A DNA stretch of 52,803 bases from Catajapyx aquilonaris (GCA_000934665.2 KZ537972.1:186001-238803), one strand, 5' to 3'; numbered from the stretch's first letter, positions 37,445 through 49,142 are shown. The notes: a model not told the origin generated them from the letters alone. Program-made: numbers and translations.

Positions 37445-38870
37445 ATGTTGACCACGTATTCGGATGTCTCAATACAAAGAGATTTTTCAGATTTAAAAAA
37501 GTCTAAGAGATACGCTCATTATGCCTTAATTAAAGAGTCACCATACCTGGAAACATACCTCAATAATGCGTATCTCCCAATACATTCACTCCGACTTCTG
37601 GCCAATCTTCGTCAAGAACACTTTGGTTGTACATAAATTCTAACAAAATACAATTTAATGTAGAATTAGATTGCACATTATGCAATATAAAATAACAATT
37701 ATTTTTATTCTTCATCATATTATGCAATATATACACTTGCCCTTTTTTGACATATTGAGGAGGAATCACCTGCCGTCATGGCCTTTCCTCCCTCCCACCA
37801 AACAATTATTTTTTCTCTATTTGTTGACATCCCGATACACCAAATAAGGTACCTGACCCAAATAAGGCCCAGCTCCCAATAAGGCCCAGTTTTTATATCT
37901 CTGTTAATTGCGGTCGTAACGCAAAATGGCATGCAGGGGTCGATTAAGCATCAAAAAGTGAGTACAGTTCGGTAGATGGAACGCTCGTGCAGGCCACATA
38001 GGTCCATGAATTTTGCCAGTCATTATCGAGAGGCCAGAAAAACAGCTGCGTTGTAATTTTGCGCCTGAGAAAAGCCTGGATACAAGACAAGCGCGATGTC
38101 CTACGCCTGTGTAATGGTACGTACAGACACCTGAGCGACTGAGGATAGCTATCGTAGTGGCACATATGATTAAAACAGTTCCCTTTAGGTAATACAGGTC
38201 ACTTGCTGAAAGGCTACTGCGTTCCTAATAAGGCCCAGTCAACATCGTGGTGGGCCTTATTAGACTTGACTACTTTCAAACACTTAAGCAAACTTTAGAA
38301 GACATGCAGGGACAACCAGACCCGATAAAATCTACAATATGGACGAGAAAGGCTGTCGATTGACTGTCCACCATCAGCAAAATGTGTTGGTATAGCTCCG
38401 TATGCCATGAGGATGATATGAGGGACATGCGGAGGTCATTTCTTGTCTATCCTGGGTCCAGGAAGACTGCGTGGGTCTTACAGCAGAAGATATAAGGAGC
38501 AGTTTCTGTGTCCAGATTGTGAAACGTGAGAAATAGGACTTGCAATGGTGGCGAACTTACGTGGGCCTTATTTGGGACCTATGGTCTTAATAAGGCCCAT
38601 GTGTAACACTTTATTAAGCAGGTTGTCAGCCGAAGGATATGAATTCCAGCATACACGGATATATATTGACTTGTGCATTATTATATGATGTATCTGTCCA
38701 TGCAGTCAAATAAATGCTCAACGTTCACTGGGACTGGTGAAAAATTGTTATCTGTTAGGTGGGCCTTATTTGGTGCAGGTACTACATAAACGCGATACTT
38801 TTTTTAAATCCACGTACTTGCTTCAATTTCCAATATACTGTGAAGATTGTTTAAATCACTGTACCTTGGT
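37445..38870 (+). mobile_element. Decayed non-LTR retrotransposon 3' fragment, interrupted by a pogo-like element
   Basis: YALIKESPYLETYL..LRLLANLR..ELDCTLCNI resembles the C-terminal zinc-knuckle region of LINE ORF2; multiple stops; appears to resume (KRDTFF) after the insertion. Confidence 0.5.
37852..38779 (+). mobile_element. Internally deleted pogo/Tigger-like DNA transposon
   Basis: TA-CCTGACCCAAATAAGGCCC ... GGGCCTTATTTGGTGCAGG-TA (TIR plus TA duplication); AATAAGGCCC repeated internally in both orientations; broken PHD-finger-like coding at about 38385-38528 (VCHEDDMRDMR..EDCVGLTAED..QFLCPDCET*). Confidence 0.8.
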
Positions 38871-40183
38871 CTCCATCCTAATGGGCTCCACCTCCTATGA
38901 GCCTTCTCTATTGTTTTAATAATTCTGATTTTATTTTGATTACCGTGTAATGCTTGAGTGCTGGATCTATACAATTATAATTGTCAGTGAAGACCTCCCA
39001 ACTATTATTTATGATTATCATTATTATGTATACAAGTATATTCTGTTATGTTTTTCGCTTGGTTTTTCGTTGTTTTGTAATGTCGTCGTGTAATGTTCAC
39101 TAGGTTATTTTATTGTTTAAGAAGTTACTTGTAAAATTGTGGCCCGTTTTCAATGGGTTATTTTGAATAGTAGGGTACACACTTGCTCTTGCCTAATTTG
39201 CTTGGAGCAGTTATTTCAAGGCTGGGTTGCATTCACCTAGGTCTACCTAATTTATCATAATTATGGTCTCTACCACGAATTCATTACAATAGCTCTCGCA
39301 CAATATTTAATTTCATGCAGAAAAATCGGTGAGGCTACTGAGGCATAAATAATATATTTTGATTAAATATGAGGAAGCCCCTCCTCTTCCGCAACAGCTG
39401 ACTGTTTAAAATGCCTTGCCTGTTACTATATGTAAGAGTACTCATAATAATACATAGTTCTTGAATTAGAACATATTGCACAGAAAATGTTGTCACTGTA
39501 TTAAAAAATCTCACCAAAAACGGACTCGTAAAAAAACCGCCAAGTCCTTAGCCACTCCGCCAAAAACAGTTCGCGTAAAATCCGCTTAGATGGCGCTAGT
39601 GTCGGTTTGACCTCAGGCAGGGGTGGAAGGTTGGGGGAGGGTTTGGTTGGTTGGAAAAGGGGATTGTAAAAAGGGTAAATTATTTTATGGCTTAGACCCT
39701 CTCCTTCGGGGGAGGGTTGGGTGGCAGATGACCTACTGGGGAGGGAATGGTCACAGCGGGAGTGTTACCGATTAGCCACAGGGAGATCGAAAATGTTTGA
39801 AATCACAAATGAATGAATCAAGTAGCTGCAGACCTGAAGGAACCGATATGTTACAGTCATTAGACTTCATGCAATACTCTGGCTACTGCAAAATACGATT
39901 TTTTTTTAGTTCACCATAAAGTGTCCCATGTGGATGGAATGTTTATTTTCAGCGGAAAGGTGAAAAATGAAAACGAAAGATAGCTCCAAGAGTGAGTTGT
40001 AAATAAGAGATTATTGTTTATTATCACAATTCATCATTGCTGTGTGCATATACCATCGTGTTTGCAAAGAAAATAATCAAACTGAAATATACTGAAATAT
40101 ACTGCATGTCCCATGCGAAAATTGACAACTGATTATAAAATGCGGTAAAAATTATAATAAATAAATAAATACTCTTCATATCA

Positions 40184-40236
40184 TATTATATTATATTATA
40201 TTATATTATATTATATTATATTATATTATATTATAT
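40184..40236. repeat. (TTATA)n microsatellite
   Basis: About 10 pentanucleotide units. Confidence 0.95.
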
Positions 40237-41194
40237 GGTTTCATAGTTATTTGGGCAAAATTGGTCACATTGCACTTCTGCTGAATAGTGATACTTTTGT
40301 GTAAAAATGGACATGAAATATTGCGGCAAACTTGACAAAATACCTCCATCGGCTCCATGAAAAGATGTACCATTATACCTACTGTTATAATATCATAGTT
40401 GTACAGAATTAGTAATGTTACTGCGTACTTAAAGGGGGGCTCCAGAGAGAAAAGGGTCGACCCTTTCCGCCCTCTCTTCAAGGTGCATTAGCAAACCCAG
40501 TGGTCAAGCCGTCAAGGGGTGGGGGGGGGGGGAGACTAAAAGAGAACATCTCACCAAGATGTCACTGTCAGTCAGACTAGCCCAAAAGTCCCCCAAAGTT
40601 ATTAAAATAATTGCCCTGACTTTAATACCCTTCATTTATTATTTCAGTATGGGTCACTAGAAAGATATTGAACTTCCGAAAAATATAGAAAAATTTCGTT
40701 CAATAATCTGTACACGCAGAGTTCAATCCACGCAGAATTATCTGACGACATTTTGTACTAGACATATATTAAATAAAATAAATATAATATTGTTCCATAT
40801 CTTCCGTGGCCTCTGATATATTTTTTTGGAAAATTAATTCTAGTACGCAGCTTGTAGAAAAAACATTTCATCTTAATTGGCTAGTAAATTGGTTTTCATT
40901 TTTTTTAAATAATAAACATGATATATGTTACAATATACCATCCAAAACATTTACGCAACGACACTATCGGGACTTTTTTTCTCATAAATTGTTCAGCATT
41001 GCCATTGCGCCAAAATTTATTTCAGAGCTTACTTTGCGGCAGGTTTAATCATGTTAAATAATTATATTAATTTTGAAACGACACCCCATCCACAACACTT
41101 TGAAGAAGTGATATTAACGTTATCTGACATAATTAAAGATGTGAATGGAACTGTTGATTTTAGCCATTGCATGAAAATTGGAAGAAAACTGGGG

Positions 41195-41246
41195 CTTCAG
41201 CGGATCTGACGAGAACCGGTGCTTTCAACGTGGTATGGCCCTTGGC
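41195..41246 (-). pseudogene. 3'-truncated 5S rRNA copy (first ~52 nt), head-to-head with the intact copy
   Basis: Reverse complement reads GCCAAGGGCCATACCACGTTGAAAGCACCGGTTCTCGTCAGATCCGCTGAAG, then similarity stops at the start of box A. Its upstream flank also mirrors that of the intact copy. Confidence 0.9.
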
Positions 41247-41507
41247 GGGAGGGTGAGTAGATTGTGGGGGTACTTGCATCGAGTATGTGTGGGTATATGT
41301 GGGTGTATGGTATGAGTACTGCACTGCACAGTCCACGTGTGAGGTATGCTGCCATACCTCATACACCACACATACTCGATCCCCACACATACGCGATCCA
41401 AGTACCCCCACGATGGGAGAGAGGCTGTCATATGTGTACTGTGCAGTGTACTGCCTCATACCCACATATGCTGGATCCAAGTACCCCCACGATCCACTCA
41501 CCCTCTC

Positions 41508-41627
41508 GCCAAGGGCCATACCACGTTGAAAGCACCGGTTCTCGTCCGATCCCCGAAGTTAAGCAACGTCGGGCCCGGGTAGTACTTGGATGGGTGACCG
41601 CCTAGGAATGCCGGGTGCACTTGGCAT
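41508..41627 (+). rRNA. 5S rRNA gene
   Basis: GCCAAGGGCCATACCACGTTGAAAGCACCGGTTCTCGTCCGATC...AGTTAAGC (box A)...GTACTTGGATGGGTGACCGCC (box C)...CTTGGCAT; 120 nt; ends pair (GCCAAG/CTTGGC); TTTT terminator 5 nt downstream. Confidence 0.96.
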
Positions 41628-41947
41628 ACTCTTTTAGTGTATCTTATTCATTTTTATTTACATGTCGCATTCATCCCCTCTCCCCCCTCCAGTCACTCAC
41701 CCTCTCCCCTCTTTTTACTGTTCCCGCCGGGAATCGATCGTCTCCTGGCAGCTTCCCGCGTACAGATGGCGCTGGCGTCGGACTCTCGTTACGCATCTTC
41801 TCCGATTTATCCCACAACAATGCGATTTAATATTGTCCATCGCACGTGTGCAAAGGTGGCCTGAGACTGCACAGCATCCGGTCCAATTACGCCCTCCCTC
41901 TTTAAATGGCCAATTAATTTGCCAGAGCCTTTCGATGGGTGTGGCTA

Positions 41948-41973
41948 AGGGGTGCGAGCTTGTCCCCTCCCGC
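41948..41973 (+). promoter_or_regulatory. snRNA proximal sequence element (U1)
   Basis: AGGGGTGCGAGCTTGTCCCCTCCCGC starting at -58; 20/26 identical to the element at -59 of U5. Confidence 0.75.
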
Positions 41974-42005
41974 CATGGAGAGCGACCGTGGGCAGCGGGA
42001 AAAGC

Positions 42006-42169
42006 ATACTTACCTGGCACGGGACATACCTTGATCACCAAGGCGGTTGTCCCAGGGCGAGGCCCTTCCATTGCACTACGGTTGGGTTGACCCCTGCGAT
42101 TATCCCAAATGTGGATAACTCGAGTGCGTTATTTCTGGTAGTGGGGGACTGCGTTCGCGCTAACCCCCG
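42006..42169 (+). ncRNA. U1 snRNA
   Basis: 5' ATACTTACCTGG, GATCACCAAGG loop (U1-70K site), CATTGCACT loop (U1A site), Sm site ATTTCTGG, terminal hairpin GGGGGACTGCGTTCGCGCTAACCCCC. Confidence 0.97.
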
Positions 42170-42175
42170 ATCAAG

Positions 42176-42190
42176 CAATCAAAAGGCAAT
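42176..42190 (+). terminator. snRNA 3' box (U1)
   Basis: CAATCAAAAGGCAAT just after U1; AATCAAAAGACAAT lies at the equivalent place after U5 (43596-43609). Confidence 0.65.
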
Positions 42191-42489
42191 ATTGAATAAT
42201 TGTAGGACGAAGGTCCTGATCACCTGATGATTTGAGACGAAGTGAAGCCAGTGATGCCGACTGATGCCGATGCCAATGTGCGGGTATTTACTATTTACCC
42301 ATTTCTGGTATTTCGGTTTTCGGAGTATTCGGACGCTTGCGGGCGGGTAAAATCGGGTATTTTCTGGTAATGGTTAATTTTATTGGTGTTTAAAACTCCG
42401 ACGCTTGACCACTGACCAGCCCCCGGACACTACCCCAACAGTCTGCGCATTATCACCTGCCGAGGCATTTTCATTCCTATGCAATATCG

Positions 42490-42860
42490 GGCAAGGAACA
42501 GTAACAAACTATGAAACTAGCAGTTATTCCATGTTTTCATAGGTGATGGCCGGCGGCGCCTGTCAACCAAAATATATCTTAATAAACTGAACATGACCTT
42601 TCGGTTTCGACGTCACAGGAAGTAACAGGATCATACTTGAAAAGTGAGATGTCTTCTACTGCCAGTTCATACTGCATGGCTTCTTCGCCGTTCGCATGTT
42701 GAAGAAAGAGAGCCTTGAACGGAAAACTATCAAAAATCGCGCAGAACGGCGTCAAAAAGGTGCTAATAGGTGCTAATATGCCATTTAGGTTCCAACGCCC
42801 GAAATAATTATGCAATTTTAGGTTCTATAAAACTGCGATTTTTGAGGTCCTTGTGTTATG
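42490..42860 (-). mobile_element. hAT-like transposase C-terminal relic between U1 and U5
   Basis: DISLFKYDPVTSCDVETERSCSVY resembles the FKYAPxTSCDVERSFS dimerisation motif; frame is broken. Confidence 0.65.
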
Positions 42861-43412
42861 AAACGGTTAGATACGTATTTCGGTTGCGGTGTTCTGCCTG
42901 CAAAATAAAAAGTAGGTGAAAACTTCGAAATTCGTTCTCTAAGCAGAATGAAATATTTGCGAAATAGTGCAGTGTCGACAGAGGCCAGACGGATGCATGG
43001 TCTGAATACGCGTACAAATGAAATGGTTTGTCTCCTTTGGGCTGTATGCAGCTATGCTATAGGTAAGCTCCTGAAGTGGCTCTTGAGTGCCTCTACTGCC
43101 TCACGGGTAATTTTCCACTTGCTTCGTGCAACGACCCATTGCATTCACTCGTCCGATAGTTTTGTTCTGCCCGCCATTTCTGCCTCCGCCACCTAGTGGC
43201 CAGGTATAGACTTTGGCCCGCCACCTCAGTGTGGGGACAGCCAACTATTCGGGCAAAATTGCACATTTGCAATTGTTTTCGGCTTCTCATTCAAATTTAG
43301 GCATTTTAAAATTAACAGATGGAAAGAGATACGACTCTTGTTGGATGAAGCATCCATGGTTTTACACTCAATATGTGATGAAAATGTCTACGATGATTCA
43401 TATCGCGCGTTG

Positions 43413-43438
43413 AGGGGATCGAGCACGTCCAGTCCCGC
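43413..43438 (+). promoter_or_regulatory. snRNA proximal sequence element (U5)
   Basis: AGGGGATCGAGCACGTCCAGTCCCGC starting at -59; matches the U1 element in sequence and position. Confidence 0.75.
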
Positions 43439-43471
43439 GTAGGTCTGGGCGCCTGTTGCGAGCTGAAATTC

Positions 43472-43588
43472 ATACTCTGGTTCCTCTTCAATCCTCGTGT
43501 AAATCTTTCGCCTTTTACTAAAGATTTCCGTGGAGAGGTACACTCTGAGTCTTATGTAATTTCTTGTCGCCTGCCTGCAGCAGGCGGA
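43472..43588 (+). ncRNA. U5 snRNA
   Basis: 5' ATACTCTGGTTCCTCTTCA, invariant loop I in AAATCTTTCGCCTTTTACTAAAGATTT, CCGTGGAGAGG, Sm site AATTTCTTG, 3' hairpin CGCCTGC/GCAGGCG. Confidence 0.96.
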
Positions 43589-44920
43589 TAAACCAAATCA
43601 AAAGACAATACTCAATACTGAAACTATCCCGGTCACCTGGCGACCAGGGATTGCAGCTGTAAGCTGACATGATATGCGTCATGCGTGTCACCTAATTTGT
43701 CAGCTAATCAGGACATCCAGTTAGTAATTAGTTCAGTGGAAAAAAAAACAACTTCGAGCGAAAGGATTAAGGATCCCTTCCAGGTATCCAGGATTGATTT
43801 TGCAGTGCCAAAGTTGCAGATTTTAAAGACGTCTGCAGCAGAACTGATTAAGTGAAAAGTAATACTGCATAGATTACGCAGGGACAAAGCTGTGGCTGTA
43901 AAGGCATGAGCAATTCCACCTGCAGACTTGAGGTGAGGAAATGAAGGGAATGATGTCATTTTATTGCTGTCAGGTAATTCTCGCACTATAGTCACCATTG
44001 CACAAGAGCAAACACTCAAATCCATGCAAATGCATTGAGACCTTGATGTTCCTCATGATGCTGACCTACTGTACATAATGTCCCATTATGGGCATCCTCC
44101 TCTGGCAACAACAGACCTGAAGATTACTGCTGCTTACAGTATTAAACGCTATGTCTAGGAGAAAATGTAATATGGAAGAACAATTTACTCTCACTCATCT
44201 TCCCGGCAATTATTGTCTTATAGCCAGATAGCCTACTTGATCCACCTAGATTACTCTTTATCTCTCGATCGATACACTGGAATTTATTCAGCATAATAGT
44301 TTTGCAAGAGATTGTATTTTTATTCATATTTTCGACAAATTGGTTATAAGAGGCTTTATTGCACCAAATAATAACTATTTCTACTCTCAATATTATGTGA
44401 GATATGCGAGATATGTAGCTGTAACATCTGTACACAGACAAGACCTTTCTCCCATGATTTTACAATGTTACCACTGAACCTAAGGAATGCATATAGTGCC
44501 TACACTGCAGGAGAAAAAATTAATTTCCATATTGGACTTAGCGACTTCTGGCTTGCAGAAATTTGAATGTTATTTTTTTAAATGTTAAAATGATATACCA
44601 GCAGCTGGGCGCAAGTCAACTCTTCAGGCCTCTATAGAGATGTTGTGTGAAATGAGCTGTAAAATGACTTCACTCGCTTAAATTATGCAAAGTAGTATGG
44701 AAGACCAGCAACTCAATCAGAACTACGAGTATGTTATGTCGTGTAAGAAGAAGAAAATCCAGGGCAATAAACACAAAATTGCAGTGAAATAGGTGGTTTG
44801 GCCTCTGTTGGATCTTTATTGTTATATTTTTTGTCACTAGTTTTTGACCAGCTCATTGATGAGTATATAGCGGGGTTTCACATGAAATATTGCCATTTCA
44901 CCTGTTGCACAATAATTAAT

Positions 44921-46945
44921 TCAAATATTGGGCAAAAACAGATCGTCTATCCAGGACAAGTCGCCGTTTAAAATGTCCGTATCTTTGACGGTCACTGCCT
45001 CGTTAGTCGAGTGTGATTTTTTGAATTCTACAACTTCTTTGATGTCTTCCGTAACGCACACACTTCCCTCAAAGTTTGCACTGGATATTTCGAGATCGTC
45101 AGTATGCAGATATTTTTTCAAATCTGCGGCATCGTCATTGAGTCTAACACAGTTGACATTGTTATGGTTGGAGTCATCTCTTTGACAGCATCCAGTCTCA
45201 GCTTTGTCTCCAGGTGGTGTCTCAACGGTATGGTGGTTACCGGTCAGGGTCAACTCGTCATTACCCTGTGGTGACTCGAAGTCAAATTTCGGATACGGAT
45301 GAGTGATTGTGTCTATTGGAGCCAGTTGCTCCTTCAGCTCCTGGATATCTCCTGGAGCCAATCGCAGCGTCTTTTCCGTGTGAGAGTCGCTCAGTTCTTG
45401 GAGGTCGCTCAGTTTCGACAGCAGCTTGGGAAACAGTACGGAGGCGTTGCGATGACCGTGACGCCACTCCACGTACCTGAGGGTCAAGATCATGGATTCA
45501 ACAGAATTCCTCTCTAGTAAGAAACAATATTCAATAGTGATGGACCAACTTCTTGAATATGGCGATGTAATTGTCCTGCAAGTCGGACACTTTGGCCGTG
45601 TCCATCAGCCCCTCACGTTCCGGACAGAAGATGACCAGCATGCCCATCAGCAGGATGATAGGCATGTCCGGTTTCAGGTCTTGCATCCCTCGAATGAACC
45701 TGACAATCATCTCAAACAGCTCAGGCGACAGGACACGTCTCAGCTCGCTCATCTCCAACGGGACTCGAACCAGCGACTCCTACGTCAGAAGAACACTAAC
45801 AACCATTCAATTCTGAACAAAGTTAATACCTGGTGGGCATCTCTTCTGAAGTGTGAGAGCCTGAGGTAGTCGTTGTCCTTGTCGTAGAGACGTGCGGCTG
45901 CCAGAAGACCTAGCTCCAGCAGCGATGCTCTGACCAGCGTCCGTTGGTCCTCGGGCTGCAACGAGGCGAATGGAGGAAGCATCCGGACCACGTGGTATGA
46001 CCGGAGAAGAACCTTAGCGAACATGTGCGTTGCCTGATGCGCACAGAGGAAAAACTCATTACATCCCGCAGCATCGTTCCTATTTGTTTGATTGGTACTT
46101 GCTTTGTGTCCACGTGTTTCCTGCGAGAACGGGTATGCTTTCCGTGATTGCATGACCCTGTCGATCATGTCCTGAATGACCTCCTGCTCCTCCGGATTCA
46201 GAAACTCGGGCAGTCTTTGAAGATCCGGCACGTGCGGCTCCAGACTCCTCTTCTGAACGCACCCAGACTCTGACGTGGCAGGCGCTGATTGGCTCATCTG
46301 CTTCTGAACGCACCCTGACTCGGACGTGGCAAGTGCCGATTGGCTCCTCCGCTGTCTGGCCCTCCATATTTCCTTCTCCTGGTCGTTCATCACCCATCGT
46401 GGCTCCATGCCCACGCTCAGACACTTGTCCCATCGACATCTCTTGCATCTCTTCCGCTTCACAACAGTCATCTGTGTACAAGTCGTTCCGGGTTAATTGC
46501 ATTGTGAGACATAAGTGTAATGTGCGTACCTCGCAACGGCCTTTTTCAGCGCATGTGTAGGATTTGTAAGCGTCGTGGTAGACCGCTCTTCTGAAGAACA
46601 CCTTGCAGCTGTCGCAGGAAAGGCCGCCGAAATGAAGGGTTCTGGCGACGTCGCCGCACACGTCGCACCATTTGACGCGATCCGCGGCTGTATAGAGATA
46701 ATTATGTTTCAAAATTGGGATCTAGTAGGCCTATAGGAAACAATGCAAATATAATATTTACATTGTCAAGTCTCAAAACCATTTCAATTTGCTGCCTCTG
46801 ATAGTTATGAATGTCTTCAAATAATTAATGTTGCAATGTTCAGTAGTTTAATATCACTGACGATAACGGATATGCACAGTGTACACTGCACAGTAGGCTA
46901 TACGCAGAGAATGGTGTACTCACTGCAATTTTTCTTCACCTCCAT
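44921..46945 (-). CDS. Nuclear receptor, NR1 group HR97-like (NR1L) / HR96-related, multi-exon
   Basis: C4 zinc fingers CDVCGDVARTLHFGGLSCDSCKVFFRR..YTC..GRCE..RKRCKRCRWDKCLSVGM; LBD motifs FASLQPEDQRTLV, LVIFCPEREGL, LFPKLLSKLSDLQEL. A first exon 46924-46945 (MEVKKNC, gtgagt donor) splices in phase to the DBD exon. The HFGG..CDSCK pattern resembles crustacean HR97. Confidence 0.9.
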
Positions 46946-47805
46946 ACGGAACAGATGACAATTTGTGTAGAGCTAATTTTTCTGTAATTAAATATAAATG
47001 ATTACCATGACGTCATAGAATATTAGCGTGCGCACTTACTAGAAGAGCAATATAACAGCGGAACTTCCAACGATAGATGTATCCTAGTTGATTGCATGCT
47101 CGAGGTACTAACGCCTGCATATCGCTGGACTTGTCTGAATGATATCGCCGAGATAAAAATTAACTCAACAGATAAACACTATAATGAAGTACCGGTATCG
47201 CAGGGCTCAGACTCCGAGTTAAGCACGGCCGCTTTAAGGTCGTCAGTGTGTCACCCAAGAGATAATAAATTGTGCAGAACTTTGTAGCTGACCGAACACT
47301 CCGAAGACATCTTGAAAAGCTGCCTTTATTGCGTCAGAAGGAGAAACTTGAGACATGCTGACTACCCAAAAACCTGACTAAGTTGCACTTTAATCAGGTT
47401 CTGTCCCCTTGTCCCAACATTTATTTATTTATTTATTTACCCTGCATATGGAAATGTGCCATTGGCATTCTCATCGTGTATAATATGGACGTGACTTGGG
47501 GGGTGAACTCTTGAGGGTTCACTTTCCCTACAATAACAGCGCAATTTGGTTTAAGGTATGGGTCAATTTGGTGTATAAAGCAGGACTGGTTTGTATGTTT
47601 CAGGTACAACTCGGGTATTGTTAATAGGTCAAATGTTAACATATTTGCTCCCTACTTTGATTGGTTAAAATCGGGCGTCATTGTAAAAATTGTACTGCAG
47701 TGCATTGACCATCTAATCAAGGATCAAGTTGAAACCAGTGAAAAGTGTGATTAGGCCTAGATGTAACATATTTTAATGTGCAAAATCGTCTATTGCAGGG
47801 AGGCG

Positions 47806-48122
47806 GAGTCGGAGTGACGCCGCGGTAACGTATATGCGCTCACGGATGTTAAGGTCCCGGGTTCGATCCCAGCCCGGAGTTACCCCCTTCATCTCGTGCA
47901 GAGTTCGGGGTCATGTCTGGCTTCGTCTCGGGTGGGATTTCCGATATACTAACCATCCGGGGAGTTCACAAAATGACCAAAGCAATGACATTGCACTGCA
48001 CTTTGCACATCCCACATCCCCTCCTGTCATCCTTCCCGTGGGCCCGGGCGCTTCAATTAATAGGTTCCAATGTATAATATATATCAATAAAGCCGTTTGT
48101 GAGTCTGTCTGTCGTCTCTGTC
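47806..48122 (+). mobile_element. tRNA-derived SINE
   Basis: A-box-like TGACGCCGCGG, B-box GGTTCGATCCC, about 200-bp body, then AATAAA and a (GTCT)n-like tail. Confidence 0.7.
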
Positions 48123-48457
48123 CCAGCGTTGCCAACTCAGCGGTTTTGTAGCTAGATCCTGGCTTTTTTGCGGCCCCAGGGGGGAAGGACGGGAGGGGTT
48201 GCTGGGATTAGAGTACATCCAGATTGTGAGCAGGTGGGGGGAGGGAGCGCCGGAGAGATGCTATTGTTCTCCGGCGGCTTAATGAGGACCGGATGGACAA
48301 GGTGGCGTTATGTTACCTGTACAAGTACATGTTTTCAGAATACTTCAGAATACATTCTGTTTGTAGCCAATTTTTAAAAATTTTTTTAACGAGGCCGCGG
48401 AGACCATCATTATGACACCTCTACGTAAATGGATTATTGCAATTGTTGCTCCTGTTG

Positions 48458-48677
48458 CCTCGAAAATGGCCACTGGCCTAAAAAATCAACCATACCTAGG
48501 TTTGGTCGCCTTCAAAATACCAGACCTAGGTGTGGTCGTTTTAAACTAGCCATGCCTAGGTCTGGCTGTTTTGAAACAATCACATCTACAGGTATGGCTT
48601 GGTTTGAAAACGACCAGACTTAGGTCTGGTGATTTTTTCTGTGTTTTTTTTTCAGGCCAATGGCCGTTTTCGGGGGT
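48458..48677. mobile_element. MITE with internal ~31-bp palindromic tandem units
   Basis: TIRs CGAAAATGGCCACTGGCCTAAAAAA / TTTTTCAGGCCAATGGCCGTTTTCG; about five internal units centred on CCAKACCTAGGTYTGG. Confidence 0.75.
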
Positions 48678-49142
48678 TGAGCCTAGCACATGTACAGTAT
48701 ACGTATGGTTAATACATGTATAGATCATAAGTACAGTAATTACTATTTATTATGCAGTGGAGGTGGATAAGAAAAAAGAAAATAGTTCCCAGTCAAAAGA
48801 CAAGACACTTTTGGCCATTAGTAGCAGCTGAAAGATCACCTTTCAGAAAAGTCAATGCAATGATCAGAATTTTTATGGCATTGTCAATGCGACGATGCCT
48901 TTCTCTTTCTGACAATATTCTGAATGCAAAACTGCTCATTACATTCATGGTTCAACATGTGGGGTAAAGGGCTCATTGAATCTTTCTGGATCACATTCAG
49001 ATGGTTATTATTATTATGTGCAGGATACATGGCACAACCTTATACAGTATAAACAGATTGGATCTGCATACATGTAAAGGACAATATCATTTTACTCCAA
49101 ACATCAAAAGCTATTGAAGGGGAGAGTACTTCCAGAGATGCA

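Noticed and set aside
41160..42227. ORFs over the 5S palindrome and U1
   Set aside because: Incidental frames across RNA genes and their GC-rich flanks.
43506..43530. U2 snRNA (TCGCCTTTT-CTAAAGAT resembles the U2 5' part)
   Set aside because: It is U5 loop I in full U5 context; there is no GTGTAGTA branch-point motif.
47806..47880. tRNA gene
   Set aside because: A and B boxes are present but there is no clean cloverleaf or poly-T terminator; it continues into a SINE-like body and tail.
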